DNA of 64,000 bases, from the NCBI GenBank assembly GCA_964016885.1, contig OZ024744.1, forward strand, positions 119,908,001-119,972,000, read 5' to 3'. This DNA is from Eledone cirrhosa. Lineage: Eukaryota. The position numbers were made by a program, and so were the translations under genes. The first letter of the stretch is position 1, and each line of letters opens with the position of its first letter. The notes under the pieces were generated by a model. It was not told the DNA's origin. It saw only the letters and a list, made by a program, of their open reading frames with translations, and did no database searches. Below are positions 53,401-64,000 of the stretch, piece after piece.

Positions 53401-56400
53401 CTCAATTCAGAGATGCTTTCCTGAGACATTCTAACCACATGACATAGTATCAGAGCTGTGATCTCTCAATTCAGAGATTCTTTCCTGAGACATTCTAACC
53501 ACATGTCATGGTATCAGAGCTGTTAAAACTCAATTGAGAGATTCTTTCCTGAGATATTTTAACCACATATCATAGTATCAGAGCTGTCATCTCTCAATTC
53601 AGAGATTCTCTCCTGAGACATTCTAACCGCATGTCATAGTATCAGAGCGGTGATCTCTCCATTTTGAGATTCTTTCATGAGATATTTTAACCACATATCA
53701 TAGTATCAGAGCTGTCATCTCTCAATTCAGAGATTCTTTCCTAAGACATTCTAACCACATGTCATAGTATCAGAGCTGTGATCTCTCAATTTAGAGATTC
53801 TTTCATGAAATATTCTAACCATATGTCATAATATCAGAACTATGATCTCTCAATTCAGAGATTCTTTCCTGAGACATTCTAACCACATGTCTGTAGTATC
53901 AGAGCTGTGATCTCTCAATTCAGAGATTCTTTCCTGATACATTCTTACCACATGTCATAGTATCAGAGCTGTGATCTCTCAATTCAGAGATTCTTTCCTG
54001 AGACATTCTAACCACGTCATAGTATCAGAGCTGTGATATCTCAATTCAGAGATTCTTTCCTGAGACATTCTAATCACATGTCATAGTATCAGAGCTGTGA
54101 TCTCTCAATTTAGATATTCTTTCCTGAGATATTCTAACCAAATGTCATAGTATCAGATCTGTGATATCTCAATTCAGAGATTCTTTCCTGAGACATTCTT
54201 ACCACATGTCATAGTATCAGAGCTGTGATCTCTCAATTTAGATATTCTTTCCTGAGATATTATAACCACATGTCATAGTATCAGAGCTGTGATCTCTCAA
54301 TTCAGAGATTCTTTCCTGAGACATTCTAAGCTCGTCAAAGTATCAGAGCTGTGATATCTCAATTCAGAGATTCTTTCCTCAGAGATTCTAACCACATGTC
54401 ATAGTATCAGAGCTGTGATCTCTCAATTTAGATATTCTTTCCTGAGATATTCTAACCACATGTCACAGTATTAGAGCTGTGATCTCTCAATTCAGAGATT
54501 CTTCCCTGAGACATTCTAACCACATGTCTGTAGTATCAGAGCTGAATGCTCTCAATTCAGAGATTCTTCCCTGAGACATTCTAACCACATGTCATAGTAT
54601 CGGAGCTGTGATCTCTCAATTCAGAGATTCTTTCCTGTGACATTCTAACCACATGTCATAGTATCAGAGCTGTGATCTCTCAATTCAGAGATTCTTTCCT
54701 GAGACATTCTAACCACATGTCATAGTATCAGAGCTGTGATATCTCAATTCAGAGATTCTTTCCTGACACATTCTAACCACATGTCATAGTATCAGAGCTG
54801 TGATCTCTCAATTCAGAGATTCTTTCCTGAGACATTCTAACCACATGTCTGTAGTATCAGAGCTGTATGCTCTCAATTCAGAGATTCTTTCCTGAGATAT
54901 TCTAACCACATGTCATATTATCAGAGCTGTGATCTCTCAATTCAGATATTCTTTCCTGAGACATTCTAACCACATGTCTGTAGTATCAGAGCTGTGATCT
55001 CTCAATTCAGAGATTCTTTCCTGAGACGTTCTAACCACATGTCACAGTATCAGAGCTGTGATCTCTCAATTCAGAGATTCTTTCCTGGGATATTCTAACC
55101 ACATGTCATAGTATCAGAGCTGTGATCTCTCAATTCAGAGATTCTTTCCTGAGACATTCTAACCACATCTCATAGTATCAGAGCTGTGATCTCTCAACTC
55201 AGATATTCTTTCCTGAGACATTCTAACCACATGTCATAGTATCAGAGCTGTGATATCTCAATACAGAGATTCTTTCCTGAGATATTCTAACCACATGTCA
55301 TAGTATCAGAGCTGTGATCTCCCAATTCAGACATTATTTCCTGGTATATTCTAACCACATGACATATTATCAGAGCTGTGATCTCTTAATTCAGATATTC
55401 TTTCCTGAGAGATTAAAGCCACATGTCATAGGATCAGAGTTGTGATCTCTCAATTCAGTGATTCTTTCCTGAGATATTGTCAACACATGTCATATTATCA
55501 GAGCTGTGATCTCTCAATTCAGAGATTCTTTCCTGAGATATAGAATATATCACATGTCATATTATCAGAGCTGTGATCTCTCAATTCAGAGATTCTTTCC
55601 TGAGACATTCTAACCACATGTCTGTAGTATCAGAGCTGTATGCTCTCAATTCAGAGATTCTTTCCTGAGACATTCTAACCACATGTCATAGTATCGGAGC
55701 TATGATCTCTCAATTCAGAGATTCTTTTCTGAGACATTCTAACCACATGTCATAGTATCAGAGCTGTGATATCTCAATTCAGAGATTCTTTCCTGAGACA
55801 TTCTAACCACATGTCATAGTATCAGAGCTGTGATCTCTCAATTTAGATATTCTTTCCTGAGATATTCTAACCACATGTCATAGTATTAGAGCTGTGATCT
55901 CTCAATTCAGAGATTCTTTCCTGAGACATTCCAACCACATGTCTGTAGTATCAGAGCTGTATGCTCTCAATTCAGAGATTCTTTCCTGAGACATTCTAAC
56001 CACGTCTCATAGTATCGGAGCTGTGATCTCTCAATTCAGAGATTCTTTCCTGAGATATTCTAACCATATGTCATAGTATCAGAGCTGTGATATCTCAATT
56101 CAGAGATTCTTTCCTGAGATATTCTAACGAAATATAGTTACAGAGCTGTGATCTCTCTATTCAGAGATTCTTTCTTGAGACATTCTAACTCCATGTCCAC
56201 AGTATCAGAGCTGTGATCTCTCAATTTAGAGATTCTTTCCTGAGATATTCTAACCACATGGCATAGTATCAGAGCTGTGATATCTCAATTCAGAGATTCT
56301 TTCCTGAGATATTCTAACCACATGTCATAGTATCAGAGCTGTGATCTCTCAATTCAGATATTCTTTCCTGAGACATTCTAACCACATGTCATAGGATCAG

Positions 56401-57000
56401 AGTTGTGATCTCTCAATTCAGATATTCTTTCCTGAGATAGTCTAACCACATGTCTGTAGTATCAGAGCTGTGATCTCTCAATTCAGAGATTCTTTCATGG
56501 GATATAGAATATATCACATGTCATATTATCAGAGCTGTGAGCTCTCAATTCAGATATTCTTTCCTGAGATATTCTAACCACATGTCATATTATCAGAGTT
56601 GTGATCTCTCAATTCAGAGATTCTTTCCTGAGATATTCTAACCACATGTCATAGTATCAGAGCTGTGATCTCTAAATTCAGATATTCTTTCCTGAGACAT
56701 TCTAACCACATGTCATAGGATCAGAGTTGTGATCTCTCAATTCAGAGATTCTTTCCTGAGATATTCTAACCACATGTCATAGTATCAGAGCTGTGACCTC
56801 TCAATTCAGAGATTCTTTCCTGAGACAGTCTAACCACATGTCTGTAGTATCAGAGCTGTGATCTCTCAATTCAGAGATTCTTTCCTGAGACATTCTAACC
56901 ACATATCTGTAGTATCAGAGCTGTATGCTCTCAATTCAGAGATTCTTTCCTGAGACATTCTAACCACATGGCATAGTATCAGAGCTGTGATATCTCAATT
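47433..57000. repeat. Tandem duplication, period 4,748 bp (74 monomers), containing the most diverged monomers
   Basis: GCTGTTAAAACTCAATTGAG at 48771/53519, AACGAAATATAG at 51378/56126 and CCTGAGATATAGAA at 50784/55532, all with offset 4748. Confidence 0.93.
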
Positions 57001-57319
57001 CAGAGTTTCTTTCCTGAGATATTCTAACCACATGTCATAGTATCAGAGCTGTGATCTCTCAATTCAGATATTCTTTCCTGAGATATTCTAACCACATGTC
57101 ATAGGATCAGAGTTGTGATCTCTCAATTCAGAGATTCTTTCCTGAGATATTCTAACCACATGTCATCGTATCAGAGCTGTGATCTCCCAATTCAGAGATT
57201 CTTTCCTGGGATATTCTAACCACATGTCATAGTATCAGAGCTGTGATCTCTCAATTCAGATATTCTTTCCTGAGACATTAAAGCCACATGTCATAGGATC
57301 AGAGTTGTGATCTTTCAAT

Positions 57320-60300
57320 TCAGAGATTCTTTCCTGAGATATTGTAAACACATGTCATATTATCAGAGCTGTGATCTCTCAATTCAGAGATTCTTTCATG
57401 GGATATAGAATATATCACATGTCATATTATCAGAGCTGTGATCTCTCAATTCAGATATTCTTTCCTGAGATATTCTAACCACATGTCATATTATCAGAGT
57501 TGTGATCTCTCAATTCAGTGATTCTTTCCTGAGATATTCTAACCAAATGTCATAGTATCAGATCTGTGATATCTCAATTCAGAGATTCTTTCCTGAGACA
57601 TTCTTACCACATGTCATAGTATCAGAGCTGTGATCTCTCAATTTAGATATTCTTTTCTGAGATATTATAACCACATGTCATAGTATCAGAGCTGTGATCT
57701 CTCAATTCAGAGATTCTTTCCTGAGACATTCTAACCACATGTCATAATATCAGAGCTGTGATCTCTCAATTTAGATATTCTTTCCTGAGATATTCTAACC
57801 ACATGTCATAGTATTAGAGCTGTGATCTTTCAATTCAGAGATTCTTCCCTGCGACATTCTAACCACATGTCTGTAGTATCAGAGCTGTATGCTCTCAATT
57901 CAGAGATTCTTTCCTGAGACATTCTAACCACATGTCATAGTATCGGGGCTGTGATCTCTCAATTCAGAGATTCTTTCCTGAGACATTCTAACCACATGTC
58001 ATAGTATCAGAGCTGTGATCTCTCAATTCAGAGATTCTTTCCTGAGACATTCTAACCACATGTCATAGTATTCAGAGCTTGATATCTCAATTCAGAGATT
58101 CTTTCCTGACACATTCTAACCACATGTCATAGTATCAGAGCTGTGATCTCTCAATTTAGATATTCTTTCCTGAGATATTCTAACCACATGTCATAGTATT
58201 AGAGCTGTGATCTCTCAATTCAGAGATTCTTTCCTGAGACATTCTCACCACATGTCTGTAGTATCAGAGCTGTATGCTCTCAATTCAGAGATTCTTTCCA
58301 GAGACATTCTAACCACATGTCATAGTATCGGAGCTGTGATCTTTCAATTCAGAGATTCTTTCCTGAGACATTCTAACCACATGTCATAGTATCAGAGCTG
58401 TGATATCTCAATTCAGAGACTCTTTTCTGAGACATTCTAACCACATGTCATAGTATCGGAGCTGTGATCTCTCAATTCAGAGATTCTTTCCTGAGATATT
58501 CTAACCACATGTCATAGTCTCAGAGCTGTGATATAACAATTCAGAGATTCTTTCCTGAGATATTCTAACCACATGTCATAGTTACAGAGCTGTGATCTCT
58601 CTATTCAGAGATTCTTTCTTGAGACATTCTAACTCCATGTCCACAGTATCAGAGCTGTGATCTCTCAATTTAGAGATTCTTTCCTGAGATATTCTAACTA
58701 CATGTCATAGTATCAGAGCTGTGATCTCTCAATTTAGAGATTCTTTCAAGAGATATTCTAACCACATGTCATAGTATCAGAGCTGTGATCTCTCAATTCA
58801 GAGATTCTTTCCTGAGACATTCTAACCACATGTAATAGTATCAGAGCTGTGATCTCTCAATTTAGAGATTCTTTCCTGAGATATTCTAACCACATGCCAT
58901 AGTATTAGAGATGTGATCTCTCAATTCAGAGATTCTTTCCTGAGACATTCTAACCACATGTCATAGTATCTGAGCTGTTATCTCTCAATTCAGAGATTCT
59001 TTCCTGAGATATTCTAACCACATGTCATAGTTACAGAGCTGTGATCTCTCTATTCAGAGATTCTTTCTTGAGACATTCTAACTCCATGTCCACAGTATCA
59101 GAGCTGTGATCTCTCAATTTAGAGATTCTTTCCTGAGATATTCTAACTACATGTCATAGTATCACAGCTGTGATCTCTCAATTTAGAGATTCTTTCAAGA
59201 GATATTCTAACCACATGTAATAGTATTAGATCTGTGATCTCTCAATTTAGAGATTCTTTCCTGAGATATTGTAAACACATGTCATATTATCAGAGCTGTG
59301 ATCTCTCAATTCAGAGATTCTTTCATGGGATATAGAATATATCACATGTCATATTATCAGAGCTGTGATCTCTCAATTCAGATATTCTTTCCTGAGATAT
59401 TCTAACCACATGTCATATTATCAGAGTTGTGATCTCTCAATTCAGTGATTCTTTCCTGAGATATTCTAACCAAATGTCATAGTATCAGATCTGTGATATC
59501 TCAATTCAGAGATTCTTTGCTGAGACATTCTTACCACATGTCATAATATCAGAGCTGTGATCTCTCAATTTAGATATTCTTTCCTGAGATATTCTAACCA
59601 CATGTCATAGTATTAGAGCTGTGATCTTTCAATTCAGAGATTCTTTCCTGCGACATTCTAACCACATGTCTGTAGTATCAGAGCTGTATGCTCTCAATTC
59701 AGAGATTCTTTCCTGAGACATTCTAACCACATGTCATAGTATCGGAGCTGTGATCTCTCAATTCAGAGATTCTTTCCTGAGACATTCTAACCACATGTCA
59801 TAGTATCAGAGCTGTGATCTCTCAATTCAGAGATTCTTTCCTGAGACATTCTAACCACATGTCATAGTATTCAGAGCTGTGATATCTCAATTCAGAGATT
59901 CTTTCCTTACACATTCTAACCACATGTCATAGTATCAGAGCTGTGATCTCTCAATTTAGATATTCTTTCCTGAGATATTCTAACCACATGTCATAGTATT
60001 AGAGCTGTGATCTCTCAATTCAGAGATTCTTTCCTGAGACATTCTCACCACATGTCTGTAGTATCAGAGCTGTATGCTCTCAATTCAGAGATTCTTTCCA
60101 GAGACATTCTAACCACATGTCATAGTATCGGAGCTGTGATCTTTCAATTCAGAGATTCTTTCCTGAGACATTCTAACCACATGTCATAGTATCAGAGCTG
60201 TGATATTTCAATTCAGAGATTCTTTCCTGACACATTCTAGCCACATGTCATAGTATCAGAGCTGTGATCTCTCAATTTAGATATTCTTTCCTGAGATATT

Positions 60301-61600
60301 CTAACCACATGTCATAGTATTAGAGCTGTGATCTCTCAATTCAGAGATTCTTTCCTGAGACATTCTAACCACATGTCATAGTATCGGAGCTGTGATCTCT
60401 CAATTCAGAGATTCTTTCCTGAGATATTCTAACCACATGTCATAGTATCAGAGCTGTGATATCACAATTCAGAGATTCTTTCCTGAGATATTCTAACCAC
60501 ATGTCATAGTTACAGAACTGTGATCTCTCTATTCAGAGATTCTTTCTTGAGACATTCTAACTCCATGTCCACAGTATCAGAGCTGTGATCTCTCAATTTA
60601 GAGATTCTTTCCTGAGATATTCTAACTACATGTCATAGTATCAGAGCTGTGATCTCTCAATTTAGAGATTCTTTCAAGAGATATTCTAACCACATGTCAT
60701 AGTATCAGAGCTGTGATCTCTCAATTCAGGGATTCTTTCCTGAGACATTCTAACCACATGTAATAGTATTAGATCTGTGATCTCTCAATTTAGAGATTCT
60801 TTCCTGAGACATTCTAACTCCATGTCCACAGTATCAGAGCTGTGATCTCTCAATTTAGAGATTCTTTCCTGAGATATTCTAACCACATGCCATAGTATTA
60901 GAGATGTGATCTCTCAATTCAGAGATTCTTTCCTGAGACATTCTAACCACATGTCATAGTATCTGAGTTGTTATCTCTCAATTCAGAGATTCTTTCCTGA
61001 GATATTCTAACCACATGTCATAGTTACAGAGCTGTGATCTCTCTATTCAGAGATTCTTTCTTGAGACATTCTAACTCCATGTCCACAGTATCAGAGCTGT
61101 GATCTCTCAATTTAGAGATTCTTTCCTGAGATATTCTAACTACATGTCATAGTATCACAGCTGTGATCTCTCAATTTAGAGATTCTTTCAAGAGATATTC
61201 TAACCACATGTAATAGTATTAGATCTGTGATCTCTCAATTTAGAGATTCTTTCCTGAGATATTGTAAACACATGTCATATTATCAGAGCTGTGATCTCTC
61301 AATTCAGAGATTCTTTCATGGGATATAGAATATATCACATGTCATATTATCAGAGCTGTGATCTCTCAATTCAGATATTCTTTCCTGAGATATTCTAACC
61401 ACATGTCATATTATCAGAGTTGTGATCTCTCAATTCAGTGATTCTTTCCTGAGATATTCTAACCAAATGTCATAGTATCAGATCTGTGATATCTCAATTC
61501 AGAGATTCTTTCCTGAGACATTCTTACCACATGTCATAGTATCAGAGCTGTGATCTCTTAATTTAGATATTCTTTCCTGAGATATTATAACCACATGTCA
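57320..61600. repeat. Imperfect tandem duplication, period about 1.8-2.0 kb
   Basis: ORFs 58207/60007 have offset 1800 and share ATTCTCACC. ATCACAGCTG at 59161/61154 has offset 1993. Hairpin-variant monomers lie at 57397, 59324 and 61317. Confidence 0.75.
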
Positions 61601-64000
61601 TAGTATCAGAGCTGTGATCTCTCAATTCAGAGATTCTTTCCTGAGACATTCTAAGCTCGTCATAGTATCAGAGCTGTGATATCTCAATTCAGAGATTCTT
61701 TCCTGAGACATTCTAACCACATGCTATAGTATCAGAGCTGTGATCTCGCAATTTAGATAATCTTTCCTGAGATATTCTAACCACATGTCATAGTATTAGA
61801 GCTGTGATCTTTCAATTCAGAGATTCTTCCCTGAGACATTCTAAACACATGTCTGTAGTATCAGAGCTGTATGCTCTCAATTCAGAGATTCTTTCCTGAG
61901 ACATTCTAACCACATGTCATAGTATCGGAGCTGTGATCTCTCAATTCAGAGATTCTTTCCTGAGACATTCTAACCACATGTCATAGTATCAGAGATGTGA
62001 TCTCTCAATTCAGAGATTCTTTCCTGAGACATTCTAACCACATGTCATAGTATCAGAGCTGTGATATCTCAATTCATTGATTCTTTCCTGACACGTTCTA
62101 ACCACATGTCATAGTATCAGAGCTGTGATCTCTCAATTTAGATATTCTTTCCTGAGATATTCTAACCACATGTCATAGTATTAGAGCTGTGATCTCTCAA
62201 TTCAGAGATTCTTTCCTGAGACATTCTAATCACATGTCTGTAGTATCAGAGCTGTATGCTCTCAATTCAGAGATTCTTTCCAGAGACATTATAACCACAT
62301 GTCATAGTATCGGAGCTGTGATCTCTCAATTCAGAGATTCTTTCCTGAGACATTCTAACCACATGTCATAGTATCAGAGCTGTGATATCTCAATTCAGAG
62401 TTTCTTTCCTGACACATTCTAGCCACATGTCATAGTATCAGAGCTGTGATCTCTCAATTTAGATATTCTTTCCTGAGATATTCTAACCACATGTCATAGT
62501 ATCAGAGCTGTGATCTCTCAATTCAGAGATTCTTTCCTGAGATATTCTAACCACATGTCATAGTTACAGAGCTGTGATCTCTCTATTCAGATATTCTTTC
62601 TTGAGACATTCTAACTCCATGTCCACAGTATCAGAGCTGTGATATCTCAATTTAGAGATTCTTTCCTGAGATATTCTAACTACATGTCATAGTATCAGTG
62701 CTGTGATCTCTCAATTTAGAAGTTCTTTCAAGAGATATTCTAACCACATGTCATAGTATCAGAGCTGTGACCTCTCAATTCAGAGATTCTTTCCTGAGAC
62801 AGTCTAACCACATGTCTGTAGTATCAGAGCTGTGATCTCTCAATTCAGAGATTCTTTCCTGAGACATTCTAACCACATGTCTGTAGTATCAGTGCTGTAT
62901 GCTCTCAATTCAGAGATTCTTTCCTGAGACATTCTAACCACATGGCATAGTATCAGAGCTGTGATATCTCAATTCAGAGATTCTTTCCTGAGATATTCTA
63001 ACCACATGTCATAGTATCAGAGCTGTGATCTCTCAATTCAGATATTCTTTCCTGAGATATTCTAACCACATGTCATAGGATCAGAGTTGTGATCTCTCAA
63101 TTCAGAGATTCTTTCCTGAGATATTCTAACCACATGTCATCGTATCAGAGCTGTGATCTCCCAATTCAGAGATTCTTTCCTGGGATATTCTAACCACATG
63201 TCATAGTATCAGAGCTGTGATCTCTCAATTCAGATATTCTTTCCTGAGACATTAAAGCCACATGTCATAGGATCAGAGTTGTAATCTTTCAATTAAGAGA
63301 TTCTTTCCTGAGATATTGTAAACACATGTCATATTATCAGAGCTGTGATCTCTCAATTCAGAGATTCTTTCATGGGATATAGAATATATCACATGTCATA
63401 TTATCAGAGCTGTGATCTCTCAATTCAGATATTCTTTCCTGAGATATTCTAACCACATGTCATATTATCAGAGTTGTGATCTCTCAATTCAGTGATTCTT
63501 TCCTGAGATATTCTAACCAAATGTCATAGTATCAGATCTGTGATATCTCAATTCAGAGATTCCTTCCTGAGACATTCTTACCACATGTCATAGTATCAGA
63601 GCTGTGATCTCTCAATTTAGATATTCTTTCCTGAGATATTATAACCACATGTCATAGTATCAGAGCTGTGATCTCTCAATTCAGAGTTTCTTTCCTGAGA
63701 CATTCGAAGCTCGTCATAGTATCAGAGCTGTGATATCTCCATTCAGAGATTCTTTCCTGAGACATTCTAACCACATGTCATAGTATCGGAGCTGTGATCT
63801 CTCAATTCAGAGATTCTTTCCTGAGACATTCTAACCACATGTCATAGTATCAGAGCTGTGATCTCTCAATTCAGAGATTCTTTCCTGAGACATTCTAACC
63901 GCATGTCATAGTATTCAGAGCTGTGATATCTCAATTCAGAGATTCTTTCCTGACACATTCTAACCACATGTCATAGTATCAAAGCTGTGATCTCTCAATT

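Larger units (their letters stand above)
1..64000. repeat. Tandem satellite DNA array, 64-bp consensus monomer, about 1,000 copies, single orientation
   Basis: TCAATT(C/T)AGA recurs at 1, 65, 129 and onward to the end of the window. Consensus is TCAATTCAGAGATTCTTTCCTGAGAYATTCTAACCACATGTCATAGTATCAGAGCTGTGATCTC (25/64 GC). Most copies differ by a few substitutions, and I saw no unique sequence or strand switch. Confidence 0.99.

Noticed and set aside
699-62371. 34 near-identical 60-77 aa ORFs (MISQFRDSFLRHSNHMS...)
   Set aside because: They start at the repeat's GTG and exist only where a 65-bp monomer and a CCTGAG>CCAGAG (once CTAGAG) variant remove in-frame stops. They are internally repetitive translations of the satellite with no recognisable domain or gene context.
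1-64000. CRISPR or CRISPR-like array (palindromic repeat with about 64-bp period)
   Set aside because: The period and dyad resemble repeat+spacer units, but the whole unit is conserved. There are no unique spacers, leader or cas genes.
1-64000. Tandem tRNA, 5S or snRNA gene array
   Set aside because: No cloverleaf, Pol III A/B or C boxes, or oligo-T terminator is recognisable in the 64-bp unit on either strand.
1-64000. Assignment to a named satellite such as human 64-bp WaluSat, 68-bp beta satellite or alpha satellite
   Set aside because: Only the monomer length is suggestive. I cannot verify sequence identity without a database, and no CENP-B box or flanking Alu is visible.
1-64000. A new protein-based or defence system
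   Set aside because: The window has no non-repetitive or credible coding sequence. Any novelty lies in satellite origin, structure and evolution.

Overview
The whole 64 kb window is one uninterrupted head-to-tail tandem satellite array of roughly 1,000 monomers, all in one orientation and running off both ends. The consensus monomer is 64 bp and about 39% GC with no CpG: TCAATTCAGAGATTCTTTCCTGAGAYATTCTAACCACATGTCATAGTATCAGAGCTGTGATCTC. Indel variants of 61-67 bp recur. I see no genes, RNA genes, transposon bodies or CRISPR spacers, and all listed ORFs are by-products of the repeat. Four things are of interest. (i) Variant monomers follow an ordered, hierarchical pattern: 5-mer (321 bp) and 12/13-mer (771/834 bp) units plus recent near-identical duplications of 2.3-7.5 kb, some nested. 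(ii) Two overlapping near-palindromes are built into the consensus monomer. (iii) A 67-bp variant looks like a template-switch micro-inversion that creates an 11-bp hairpin with a GAA loop. (iv) The consensus carries an 11/12 match (12/12 in two copies) to the plant tRNAiMet primer-binding site TGGTATCAGAGC directly after a CA, which hints at an LTR-retrotransposon origin. The source is probably (peri)centromeric or other heterochromatic eukaryotic DNA from a long-read assembly, but I cannot name the organism or satellite family from the sequence. Offsets were measured by hand from marker variants and block edges are approximate.
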